Part shown: positions 36,179 through 48,300 of the stretch, one piece after another
Position numbering within the stretch: the first letter of the stretch is position 1
Layout: each line of letters opens with the position of its first letter
Origin: a virus
Lineage: Duplodnaviria; Caudoviricetes
Length of the DNA stretch: 53,887 bases
Reading direction: 5' to 3' (one strand)
IMG/VR virus record: IMGVR_UViG_3300017749_000012
Coordinates: 1-53,887 of that record
Position numbers and translations under genes: made by a program
The notes under the pieces: generated by a model
Database searches by the model: none
What the model saw: only the letters and a program-made list of their open reading frames with translations
What the model was told of the DNA's origin: nothing

Positions 36179-36503
36179 GACAAAGCACGAGATTCCCGTG
36201 GACCCCGGTGACCCTGAAGTGGTCATGGAAGTGTGGGTTAGGGACATCTCCTTCTTTGACGTTCAACGCGCTGCTCAGGAAATGCTAACGCTCGGTAAAG
36301 ATGGCGAGATGTCTCTCGACCTCGAATCCTACTGGAAGCACGCCTTTACCCACTGGCTCGTGCGCACCAACCCCGAACTCACTGTTGACGAACTTCTGAA
36401 CCTGAAGGGCGACATTGGGCAGCGTATCGCTGCTGTGCTTCCAAGTCCCGAGAAGGTCGGGCAGATGCTTCAGGGGGATTTTACGAGCGGCGACGTTCAG
36501 TGA
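36132..36503 (+). CDS. Tail assembly chaperone (gpG-like)
   Basis: Between tail tube and tape measure; GAGGTGGAG SD; ends just after a slippery site. Confidence 0.7.
   Translation: MPKLPNKSQLLRQTNETKHEIPVDPGDPEVVMEVWVRDISFFDVQRAAQEMLTLGKDGEMSLDLESYWKHAFTHWLVRTNPELTVDELLNLKGDIGQRIAAVLPSPEKVGQMLQGDFTSGDVQ
36474..36482 (+). promoter_or_regulatory. Predicted -1 programmed ribosomal frameshift site (G GAT TTT)
   Basis: GGG GAT TTT; the -1 frame is open (TAC GAG CGG CGA CGT TCA GTG) into ORF 36500..36778. Confidence 0.6.
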
Positions 36504-36778
36504 TTGAGGGTTTCCTCAGTCGCAAGACCGTCGCCAGTCCCGAAGACGTAGTGATGCAGATGGAACTGTGGGGTTACATCGTGGCCAAACACTACGCTAT
36601 CTCGTTAAAGGAAGTGCATGAGATGAGTCCCGCTACTTTTGAGCAATCACTTGTTTGGGCGCTCGTAGGTCGCAATCAAGAGGAAAAGGAAATGAGGCGG
36701 CAGCGACAAGAGGCAAAAAGCGGAGGTCAGGAGACTGTGTCTCTCGACTATGCTTGGCTCGATACGGAGGACTTCTGA
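36500..36778 (+). CDS. Tail assembly chaperone C-terminal part (gpT-like, likely made by frameshift)
   Basis: In the -1 frame relative to 36132..36503; no clear SD; YxISLKEVHEMS pattern. Confidence 0.65.
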   Translation: MIEGFLSRKTVASPEDVVMQMELWGYIVAKHYAISLKEVHEMSPATFEQSLVWALVGRNQEEKEMRRQRQEAKSGGQETVSLDYAWLDTEDF

Positions 36779-38094
36779 TGGTAGCACTGGCTGGATTAAC
36801 GGTCGCTCTAAGCGGCTTGACCACGTCCGCTGGGAGTCTTAGCGGTGTTCTCAGCAGTATCGGTAGCACAGTCGCATCAGCGGGAACAGCCATTATGAAT
36901 GCCATCGGTGGTGCAATCGACTTCGTCAAAGAGAAGTTTCAGGGCATCAAGGACTTTTGGACCGAGAACGTCACGCCTATTTGGGAAGAGTTCGCTGCAT
37001 TCGCCACACCTATCATTCAGACCATTGGTGACTTTTTCAACACGACATTCGGGACGGCTTTTGATTTACTGAAAGCATCATGGGAAGCCACCGTGGGTGT
37101 CATTCAGGCTGCGTGGAACACATTCGTGCAACCTCTCGTCGACCTCTTCACCGGAGCCTTCACAGGCGGTATGGCGCTTCTGCAGGGCGATTTTGCTGGC
37201 GCAATGGAAGCGGCGGCTGGCATTTGGGATGCTGTCTTGATGCCTCTTGTCCAACCCTTCGTTGACTTGTTCAAAGCAGGTATGTCTCTCGTCAAGGGTG
37301 ACTGGGACGGCGTCATGACTGGTCTCAAGGCCGTGTGGGATGGGACCATTGGGCCGCTTGTTAGCGCCTTCCTCGACCCTTTCTTGAACGCCCTGACCAG
37401 CATTCGTGAACGTTGGAGCACAATGGTCGAAAGCATGCGTGAACGGTTCGGTTTTATCGACGCCATCTTCACCAAATTGGAGGAGTTCAAGGCCAAGTTC
37501 GACTTCATTCGCGACAACTGGTCACTTATGGTCGAAGTCATGCGTCAACGTTTCAACGATTTCATTCAACCGCTCAAAGAGAGGCTGGCAGGGCCGGTCG
37601 ATGCATTGAGTGAGAAATTGACGCTTATCAAAAGTCGCTTTGGTGAACTCAAAACAAAAGCGACTGATTTCAGGGACACCGTTGTCGTGGCTTTTCAGGA
37701 CTTCATGCAACCGAAATTGGACACCTTTACCGAAGTCATGGGTAGGCTCAAGGATGGGCTGGCCTCGGTGAAGGACTTTGGCGGTAACGTTGCATCGGGG
37801 GTTAGAGAGAGGCTACCTGAGTTTTCTGCTGGGGGTATCGCCAGTGGACCGTCGAGTGGTTACCCCGCTGTGTTGCACGGCACGGAAGCGGTTGTGCCCT
37901 TGGCCGGAGGTCGTTCTATCCCTGTTGAGATGAAGGGCGGCGGAAGCGGCTCTCAGACGTTCAACATCACCATCAACCCAAGCGGCATCACCGACCGCAC
38001 TGACAAGCGCGAGATGGCCCGTCAGATGGGCAACATGATTCAGCAAGAAGTCTCTCGTGCACTTGGCGGCACCACCATGCGAGGGAGGTTCTGA
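36778..38094 (+). CDS. Tape measure protein (438 aa)
   Basis: TGATG-coupled ATG at 36778; periodic W/F helical repeats; C-terminal FSAGGIASGP..AVLHGTEAVVPL. Confidence 0.85.
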   Translation: MVALAGLTVALSGLTTSAGSLSGVLSSIGSTVASAGTAIMNAIGGAIDFVKEKFQGIKDFWTENVTPIWEEFAAFATPIIQTIGDFFNTTFGTAFDLLKASWEATVGVIQAAWNTFVQPLVDLFTGAFTGGMALLQGDFAGAMEAAAGIWDAVLMPLVQPFVDLFKAGMSLVKGDWDGVMTGLKAVWDGTIGPLVSAFLDPFLNALTSIRERWSTMVESMRERFGFIDAIFTKLEEFKAKFDFIRDNWSLMVEVMRQRFNDFIQPLKERLAGPVDALSEKLTLIKSRFGELKTKATDFRDTVVVAFQDFMQPKLDTFTEVMGRLKDGLASVKDFGGNVASGVRERLPEFSAGGIASGPSSGYPAVLHGTEAVVPLAGGRSIPVEMKGGGSGSQTFNITINPSGITDRTDKREMARQMGNMIQQEVSRALGGTTMRGRF

Positions 38095-38096
38095 GT

Positions 38097-39296
38097 ATGG
38101 CTGACGGTTACGGCACGCCCATCCGCCTCATCTTCGACAAGCCTGAGAACATGAGATTCGCTGGTTATGAGAACGGTATGGAACTCAACGCCCTGTCCAT
38201 TGCTCTCAGCGTCGAGCGCAAAGTGGGTGGTATGCCTGCGCCTTTGATGGGTGGTAGGCGCTTTGGCGTTGACCTCAACCGCGTCAACTCCACCATCATC
38301 ATCGAGGGTATTTTCGTTGATGATGACCTCAACCGCCGCACGCAGAACGCCCGAGGCGCGAGCGGTCAAATTGACTTCGGTCTGCGAAGAAAGGATGCAG
38401 ACAGTGTGGGTGACGTCCCCGCTATCGACACAAGCAAGTTCGGTCGATTGGCAGGAGGTGCCGCAAAACTTGTGCTTACTGAGAAGGATGGGACTGAGCA
38501 TACAGTGACCTTTGTGGAAAGTGCGGGTTCTGTCGGGCATGTCGGCGGAGGAACAGTGCGTGTGCAGAATACCACCAGTTCTACTTTCATCACAGCCGCT
38601 CAACTGGCCTCGGCAGTCGCTACAGCCATCGCCACATTTAGCGCCTTCACGACGACTGTGTCCGGCTCAGTTCTCAATCCGAGTGAGGGAAACTCCTTGC
38701 TAAGCATCACTCAGAATGCTACTGGTCCGATGGACAGGTCGAACAGCATTCGCTTCAGAAACTCCACGTTCTACGTCCCCTATCACGAGAACTTCAGTGG
38801 GGGCAGCAATGCAGTAACGAGGTCAAAGTCTGCTGGTGACAAGGTGCAGGACCTCTACGGTATCTTGCACAACACGCAGCGGGCAGGAGCATCTGCTCTT
38901 GGAGGCATCGCTGTTGCTGCTGGTGTTGCCTTTGCTACTGGGGGCCTCGGGCTTGTAGCCGGACTGGCTATCGGAGGAACGTCGGCAGCACAGGGATTGC
39001 TTGCTGTGGACGGTGACTACCCTATCGGTCTTCAGATTCCATACAACTCGATGGTTACGGCACCGGATGGCAAAGAATACACTGCTCGTAACTTCCTTGT
39101 TCCAACTGGAAACCTGAAGAAGGTTGATGAGAAAATGTCGCAAGGCAACACCAATTCGGCTGGAGTAGAGTTTTCAAAAGGTGACAACATGACTGGCATT
39201 CAAGGTGCTATTCAGAAGTTTGACGTCGGCTACAGCGCAGGTGAGCAGGTCTACACCTACCAGATGGTCTTCGCGCCCATCGACGTTATCGCATGA
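38097..39296 (+). CDS. Putative distal tail / hub protein
   Basis: Directly after the tape measure; IIIEGIF near the N-terminus and GAIQKFDVGYSAGEQVYTYQMVF at the C-terminus. Confidence 0.55.
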   Translation: MADGYGTPIRLIFDKPENMRFAGYENGMELNALSIALSVERKVGGMPAPLMGGRRFGVDLNRVNSTIIIEGIFVDDDLNRRTQNARGASGQIDFGLRRKDADSVGDVPAIDTSKFGRLAGGAAKLVLTEKDGTEHTVTFVESAGSVGHVGGGTVRVQNTTSSTFITAAQLASAVATAIATFSAFTTTVSGSVLNPSEGNSLLSITQNATGPMDRSNSIRFRNSTFYVPYHENFSGGSNAVTRSKSAGDKVQDLYGILHNTQRAGASALGGIAVAAGVAFATGGLGLVAGLAIGGTSAAQGLLAVDGDYPIGLQIPYNSMVTAPDGKEYTARNFLVPTGNLKKVDEKMSQGNTNSAGVEFSKGDNMTGIQGAIQKFDVGYSAGEQVYTYQMVFAPIDVIA

Positions 39297-39305
39297 GGTG
39301 AAACA

Positions 39306-42300
39306 ATGCCAATCATGCTTCAGTCCAATCACGCCCTCTTCTTTGATGGCGTGAGTGATGGAGTCATCATTCCTCAAGGTGCCTTCAGTGGACTGGGTCG
39401 GGACAGTGCTGACGGGGACCGTAGCGCTTCCGACATCATCAGTGAGTCTTCTCAAGGTGCGCGTGTGGGGAGCATCATTTCCGATGCTATCGGTGGAGAA
39501 CTTGCGATTGAGGCATGGGTTACGCCCGATTGCGGTGGCGTGGTGCTGACAAAGAGTGGGCAGTTTCATCTAAGCATCGGTAACGTCGATACACCCGGAC
39601 CTGCTGTGTTCGAGGTCAACGTCATCACCGACACGGGTGTGCGTAAAATCATCTTGAGGACGGCTACTCCGGTGAGCACAGGCTTTGACGGGACAGTCTA
39701 TCCTTCAACTACGTTCGGTGGTTTTGAGGACTCTTACAATCGCTTCGACGGCGCCAAAGACGATGCTACCAACCTGAATCTCAACCAGCGTCCACTCATT
39801 CACATCGTCGCCGCAGTCAGTCAGGGTTACGCTTCTCTCTACATTAACGGAGAACTGATGGTCGAGGAGGCTCTACCCAGCGACTTCGTCTTGCCTGAAT
39901 CAGATGACCACGTCTACATCGGAGGTAGGGGCGGTGAGTTTCGTGGTGTTGTTGAGAGCGTGCACATCACCGGCGTTCTCACAGATGAGATGAAAACCCG
40001 CAGCGCTCCTTTGGTTGGCAACAGCACGCTGGCCTTGTTTCGCTTTGAGGAGCCAGTGGCCCCGATTGAGGGCACCTATGACATTTCATCTATCGCTGAT
40101 TCGAGTGGGCTGTCTACCATTACCGTCAGTGCAAATGATGCGAAAACGTTGGCTACGGAGTTGACTGGCAATTCAGTGACATCTGGAACTGTCGATTTCA
40201 CGAAGTCGCCTTACTCGTCCGGGGACTACTCAGTGGTCGACTACCTCACATCACCGGGCACACGTCGCGCTCACGCCGTCCCGCACGTTCCATACAACCT
40301 TCTCATCAACCCCGGTGCCATCAATCGAGCGACGCAGAAACCCAATCAGTCTCCGCCTGAGCGTGTTCGGCTACACAACATCAACACTGACACCGGTGCT
40401 CTTCTTGTTAGCAGTATTCACCTTGATTTCGCAAACAGCACACACGACAGTAGGGACGATGCTTCCCTGCATGATGGTCTACGAGGTGTGTTGCACAGTC
40501 GTAGTGCGGTTACAGGTGACGATTACTTTGTAGTCATCGCTGCAGACCTGCTCCTCGATAACGGCACGGCGCGTCCCTATCAACCGCCACATCTTGCATC
40601 TCAACTGATTGACCGCACTGGTCAAATGGTGCTTGATGAGAGTGACTTTGAGCAACACGCACTCGTGTTCTCAAGTCGCATGGCTACGACGACCAGTGAC
40701 AGCAACAACCCCTTCGCTGTCGCTTGGCCCAACACCCTCGATGAGTCATTTCAGATTGGGCACTCAGGACGTCACATCTTCAACCATGTCTCAGGTCACC
40801 AATACCTTCGCAACATGCCGCGAGCCAACGAGGAAATCCTCGACCAACAGGTAGGTAACGCTGACATTTTGGAACTCGTCTTTGACGAAAGTGCAAAGGG
40901 CATTGACCGGCAGTTCCCCATCAACAGTGAAGTCGATTACTACCGCGACATCGCTCAATCGCGCATCGTCGACGTAACATCAAGCAGCGTCGCTTACGAA
41001 GCAGTGGACAACGGTCTTACTGCTGCCAACAGGAAACTGATTGCGATTGGTGGCGCAGGGACCAACGTTGAGTTTGACCCGTTCCCATTCATGCTCAAGG
41101 GCCCTGTCCCCCAGCAGGTCAGTGATGTAGATGCCAACATGCGCAATCACCACCTTCGACCTTCGGCAACCAGCCGTATCGCAATTCTTGAAGTGGACCT
41201 TTCGTCGTATGGCCTCGCCTCTTTCGTCGAGATTCACTACAACGCCATCGACTTCACTGGGGTAAGTATGAGCAAAACTGCACCGATGCTGATGGTTGAG
41301 AAGACCGTTCCAGCATCGAATCATCTGCTGACTGGGAGCACCTATGTCATTGATGCCATTGAGGCCTCACTCAGTAGCGGTAAAACGTTGCACGCGCCGG
41401 GTGGCATTATCGAAGTGACAGACGCCTTTGAGGGAAACTACGCTCAAGCGGTCTTCACTCATTCTCTCATTGGGGACAACAGCGAGGGGTTCGAGAGTGA
41501 TGACGAACTCGATGAGCGCTACACGCCTCAGAATTATGCGACAGTGCGTAGTGAACCGCGACGACCGCCGCAAAACATCACAGCCTCTCATACCACGAAA
41601 AGCGGACACGATTCCGTCTTCCACCGCGTTATCATCGAGGCTGCACCACCGGGAGCATACGCAAGCCCGCGTAGGAGTCCCGCTACCGACCTAACCTCAC
41701 CGAGCAACGGTCAGTTTGACACAGGCATCGCTGCCTCCTCGGGCCCAGTGCACGAAGTCTTTGACATCGTTGACAACCACGCTATCCTACAGCCGACATC
41801 TGCTCAGCGTATCTTTGTTCAGCCTTCCGACCGCTCTCGCAGCGCTCAGTTGAGGCATGTCAAGACGGAGGCGAGTGACGGCAAGGATAGCCACTACGTG
41901 ACCGTGATGTATCTGATGACCCGCGCTCTACTTCGTAGTATCACCGAGGAGGAAAGTGACGGCGGCTCTCGTTTCACCAAGGTTCACTGCGTAGGTATCA
42001 ACTCCGCTGCTATTACTCGAGACATTGACGAAATCGGCTCAGGCAGCCCTGACTCTCACGTTGTGAAGGAGATTGACCCCAACGCACCAGTCGTCTCAGT
42101 TACTCTGGGTGGCATCGGTCAAGGCGCCTACGACACAAACCCGTCGTTTGACCCCAGCACGCTTTCGAGGTTGCCCTACAATACTCGACGCGGCTTCTCT
42201 TGTTTTGCTACAGCCGTTCGTGTTGACCGTGACACAACAGCGGCTGACCGTATTCAGTTCATTGAGGTGCGCGCGCTCAACAACAACACTGATGACTTGA

Positions 42301-45300
42301 AGACGTGGGGCACCTACCCCTTCCCAAAGAAAGGTAGGTTGTTCCTCAAGACAGGCGCAAGCGCTGAATACACCAGCAAGACAGGTGTCGCGTTCATCTT
42401 TACGGATTCAAGCGTCGGCACAGGTCGCTTTGTGTTGCCTGATGGTTCTGAGGTCGGCAATTTCTACGAATGGGTAGACGCCACTGGCCTCGCAGCGCAG
42501 GCTGGGGCAGTCGCGAGCGGCAACGCTGACACATTTTCCCTTGGTGAAATCATTCTCGGTGACGGTGATTTCTACATGGAAAACGCAGCATCGGATGGCA
42601 CCACTGTGAACGACCGTATGTTCCAATCCATGGACACTGTCACTCATGATTACCAACTTGGCACGCAATTCGCCAGCACTCGCGCTCTTGTAGAAATCCC
42701 ACTCTTCAATGCGCAGTTCTTTGAGAGCGTCACTGAGAGCATTTTCCCCGGTCCTGACAACTCGCTGAAATTGCACCTTGACCCTACTATGACGGCTCAC
42801 ACTTGGAATCCGTCACCAGTTGGCCGCCGTTACCCCGAAACAATGCCTGCTGACCGCAGTGCTCATGCAGCCTATGCATACGCACTGTCTCAAAATGAAC
42901 ATACCCGTAGTGCTGCTATTCAGCATAAAGCGGAACTTGTGAGTGGGAAATATCGCTTGTATGTCAGTAACCCTACAATTTTCCCCGCTGCTGACATCAA
43001 CTTCGGTGGTGGGAGCGAGCCTGATTACCACTACGTTGAAAGAGTTCAGCGCTATCAACGGGCCTTTCTCCCAACGGGAGATTGGGTCATCTATCAGAAT
43101 GACCCCAATACTGACGGTTACATTGAGTTTGAAGACGAGAGTTGGGCGTTTTCAGATGGTTTCATTCGGGCTCATGAGACTGGGATGTTGCTCTTGGTCG
43201 GCGCGGGCTACAGTTCAGAAGCATTGGTGCCCTTAGAGGGTAGCCCCCTGATGCCCTCTTCGGCCATTGAGAGGCGAGGTGAATATTACCATGACGCAGC
43301 GAACGTGAAAACACAGGGTGGTAACGTCGATTACGGATTGCGGCAATACGTCAGCGCTGTTGAGTTCAAGGCAGGGCCGACCACAAACCCTCACGCCCCT
43401 CGCATCAAAACAGGACGTGCGCGGGGCAGTGTTCTCGGCGTTACACCCATCATGAACTCCTCAACCTTCACCGGTCTTGTGGTCATCTCTCTGTCTGAAG
43501 AAGATGCTGCGTTGTTCCCTAACGTTGAGACGAACGTAGACGGCGTCGGCAACATCGTCTACGAAAGTGGCGACTACCACTTTCAGGTCAGCACATCTTC
43601 ACCTGATGGGACAACGAGGCGCTTCATCTACAGGGGCGATGCTGCTGCAACCTTCAGCGCCCTAAGTGGCTCTCCGACAAGTCCTGACCAATTTCGCAAC
43701 TCCATTCTTGCCGAGGATATCTTCAACAAGGGAGGGGCCTTGCCAAATTACCTTGACCGCACTCAGTCCGAGTTCATCATTGACCAAGAAGTTCTACTTG
43801 AACGCCGTGGCTTTGACCTCGGGTTCGACGTTTTACCGGATAGCCCATCACTCGAGAGCACGTTGAACATTGTGAATAGTTACCGTCCACCTACGGCACG
43901 TCACCCTTGGACCATCAAGTCGTCACCAACACCAAACAGTAGTGCCATCACAGTCACCAACGCTACGCATAATGGTCTACTGCAAGCCAGTGTCACCGGA
44001 TTAAACGTGCAAAATGCTGACTCACTCTACTGTGAAGTCACAACTACGAGCACCGGGGTAATTCGACATGTTCTCTATCTCGGGAACGTAACTGGTATTG
44101 CAGAAGGTCAAGCGCAATCAACACCGTCAACTGACACCGTCATCAACCTCGATGCGAGTATGTCAGCATCCGCCTTGTCACAGATGCAAACGGCTGCTGG
44201 CGATGCTACAGCGACGCTGTTTCTACGAGTTGGGATTAACAGCATCATGAAGAACGATGATGAGGCTATCCTCAATCGTTCGTGGTTGTTCCCCTATGCC
44301 CCCGGAGGGCTACGTCACGGGGACACGGTGTGGGCCAACATGACCTACAACAACCCTCACGCCGTCGAAGGGTTGTTTGCCAAAAGTCGAGGAGTCTACA
44401 ACGAGGCGTTAGTATGGAGTGGTTTCAACGGCGGGTTGGGTGCACTCGCAACTGAGGCTCGTGACAGTATTCCGCTTGAGAACTTCTTAATTGGAGATAC
44501 TTGCCGGGAGACTGCTGAGAACTACGTTCAACACATCAACAAAACAGTCGAGTTGAACTATCGTGAACTTGGCCTCACCAGTGGTTTCCCCGTAGTCGCT
44601 TATCTTGACCCTATGTTGAGCGACGACGGCCACTCCCGTGTTTTGCTCTATGACGTGGCGCACGACCGTGAGTTCATCGCTTTCCAAGACTTGCACATGC
44701 AAGTTCAGTCAAGTCCAAAAGTCGCTGAAATCGGCTTCCAACGCCATACGTCGGCCAACAACGTCACGAACTCGACAAGTCAAATTGACCTTGCTGAGTA
44801 TTCTGCTAAATACAACGGCGGCTCTCAACACGGCTACACCACTCAGATTGATACACTCGCGGGCTACCCGAGTCAGAACAAATACCTACGCAACAGGGTT
44901 CGTTCACGATTCATGGAGAGCGCCTACGCCCATGACCTCGCCAACCACTTCGCTGCGAGCATTATGAAGCAACCTGTTACCGGTAAGGTCACCTCCTTAG
45001 TGCAATTTTACGGGACAGGTGGTAATGGGTCGGGCTACAGTGGTGCTACTGGTGCAGCCACTACAACCCCCGGTAACGGTAGTGGGTTGACAGTCAACAC
45101 CACGGTCAGCGGCGGAGGCATCACTGCAGCAGTCATCAATGCTGCTGGCACAGGTTACGCTCACAACGACATCATCACGGTCAGCGGAGGAACAGGTGGG
45201 CGTTTCCGCGTGCGCATCTCGCCCAGTTCAGTGTCAAGTCACTTAACGTCAATCGAGCGAATTAACCAGTTCGGAAAGGCACATGGTCACATCGTTCACA

Positions 45301-48300
45301 CGGGCTATTACACTGGTGCTGCCTTTGATGAGCGAGCGATTGGAGACAGCATCCTACCCCGGACTAAAGATGCGGTTGCTATCCCCTATTGGGCTGATTC
45401 TCTTCACACCTTCACTCGAAAAATTCGCTCCAGTCTCGACCGATTTATTGTGGCTTTAACGCTCCATCGGGAAGAAAGTGTGCGCACTACAGTGCGCGAC
45501 CCTTCAACGCTGTTCGACACGCCTGATGGGACTCGTGTTGTTCCGGCATTCCTTGCCCTACGAGGCATTCGTTCAGGTGCCCTTGATTTGAGCAGCCACA
45601 GCGAGCAGCGTCTACAGCATCTGAAGCACTGGACAAGCATGGATTTCACTCGCAGGCTGACCATTGATTGTGGTGAAATAGCCACGCGAGATGGCGTTAC
45701 TGACATCGAGGCCGCCGCGCGTGAAGTTGTTCGAATCATCAATCAAGCGGGCGCAGATAACGCTCGCGCAAACACCACCGGCGGTGAAACTGGCTCGGCG
45801 TTCGACCCAGCAGTATGGTGGGACTCAGACAAAGCATTCGCCTCTAAGGACCAAGGTAGCCACATGGGTTACTTCCGAGCCCATCTTGGGCGTGTTGTGC
45901 AGGACATCAAGGGACGGGAAGGATTCTCAGTCGTCATTCATAGCACTGTGCCGGGCGCAACTGGTCGTAACTTCGCAGTGTGGCTTGACAACGCAAGAGG
46001 GCAATCTCCCTATCAGCCTGAGTTCCTCATCGGTCATGGCGGACGTTTCAGAACTTTCTGGTGTCAGCCTGACGAGATGAGCGGGGAAGCCATGCACCCT
46101 GCGCCAATGCCACTCAACAAGCACGGTCGTCCGTTTGCACCAGTTACGACGTTGCGCGGTTACACGCTACCTGACTTCTCGTCATCTGATGTTAAGCCAA
46201 CAACAGATTTTGCCCGTCGTGGTGACGAAGACTCTGACCCAGTTATGCGAGCCATTTCTATGGTCAGTGGTTCAGGCCAGTCGATGAATACAGTCAACAC
46301 CGAGTCACTCGAGGCTGAAGGTTACGTCAACACCTATACTGAAGGGCTTAGAGTTGGCTCTTCTGCAGTAGGTCGAGTCAACTTTGGCGGTATCGTTGCT
46401 GCAGGAATCCCCGGATTCGCCCCTGATGCGGGTTCATGGGGGTTCGGTCGTAAGGGAGACAAGCGTTTCAACAAGCACTATGGCGACGTGCACAACATTT
46501 CTGGTGACACCGTTGCATCAACCTACACTTCACATGTGCCCGCCAGTCAAATTTCACATGATGCCATTGGCAACAGCCCTCTCTATGCTTTCCAATTTGT
46601 AGACCACCTTGGTAACCGACACGCCATTCGTATCGTCTATCGCGGTATTGACCAAGACTTTACTCTCGATGAGACTCAGTTACCCGATACACTTGAAGAC
46701 GAAATTGTCGTCTACATCGACGACCGCGACGTTGGGCAGGGCGGCTTCACCATCGGTCGTCACATGCACGGTCTTGGTGACGCTACTGGTCGTTTTGGCG
46801 CCAACCCAACCAACGCCACTTTGGCATCTTGGAGAGGTAATCGTTGGAACGCTGTGCCGGGAGTCAACGCAGCCTATGACTGTAAGGCAACGTATGATGA
46901 TGCAAACAAAACACTCACACTTGTCTTAGAGGCACCATACGACTCTTGCCCGCACTTTGACGTTCTTGGTTACATGGGCTTCCCAATGGAAAACGGTGTC
47001 ATTCAGGTGTCTGACCCATTTAACGACTCAAGCGCAGTTGGTAACTGGGGACACATGTTCTCCTACGGCAGCCGCACGCGCAACGACAACTCAGGTGCAC
47101 ATGTTTTCTATGGCGTTGAGGGCGAGCGTTTTGGCTCATGTCAAGCCTACAACAACTCGGCTTCAGTGACATTGGCAACCAAGGGTTTCGGCGATAGTTC
47201 GGTCGACATCCGGGCGCTTGTTTCATCCTGCGCCAATTGGACTACCTTGGTCACTGATGAACTCCTCGCGGCAATTATCACGGCCACCGTCAACCTCGAT
47301 AACCCAAATGTCGAAGAGGGTGTGCCTTTCGATTGTCGCGACCTCTTCGCAAGTGACGGGCGAACGTTTGGGGAATGGGGTGTGGCTGACGATGCTATTC
47401 GTATTCGAGCCTACAATACCAATCGAGGGGTTCGGCCAATTTCAGACTTCTTCAGCGCCACACTGCACCGCGATATGGCAATTCAAGCAGCCCACGTAGA
47501 GCACGGGGACATTCAATTTGTCAAGACAACAGCGAGCGGCGTCATTCTTCCTACGACTAATCGTTCAGCACCAGATGCCTCGATTGATGCTGGGTTGAGG
47601 GCAGAAGTAGGCTACATTCCCTTCACGGTATTGCAGGTTACAACCAAGGGAAGAGGTGCCAATGCGAACACGGCATCCCCTGTCCTCGTTGATTCCAGCA
47701 ACGATGTGGTTGATACCGAAGTGTGGAGTCAAGGGCTCAACGGTCATCGTTTCACAGCCTATTCAGGTGACCGCATTTTACCAATGGTGAACAACCCAAC
47801 GTTGGTCATTGACACAATTACTGGGAACAACATCGCTGTGAAGGGGACGAATGACCCATGGCACTTTGTTCGACCAGCCGGTAACAAGACTGCAAACTCA
47901 ATCACTGACGGTAGCAGCGCAATTGACCATGTGGCTGCTTTCGGTAGTCAGTCGCTTTTGTTTTACGGTGAAGACTTCGCTCTTGTGGAGAGTGAAGCAG
48001 GTAACCCGTTGACGCAACTTGACGCGGTCGCCGACACCGCAAGTAAGGACTGGGCCAATAAGACGACTGGCGTTCACATCGTTCAGCGTTTCGGAGACAG
48101 TCGGGCCGCAAGCACAGCAGGCGTTCGAGGTCTTGGTAGTCTCCATTCGCGACCGCAAGTCTTCTTCCGAGGTGGGCGAGATAGCACAGACCACTGGGTG
48201 CCGTTGTTCTTTGGTGGTGGTTTCAGTGGCGTCACACTCGACATTAACGATGGTAGCGTCAACGATTACAGTGAGAAATACACACACCCGTATGCAAATG

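Noticed and set aside
36655-36777. N-terminal extension of the tape measure ORF
   Set aside because: Overlaps the chaperone ORF; the TGATG-coupled ATG at 36778 is more plausible.
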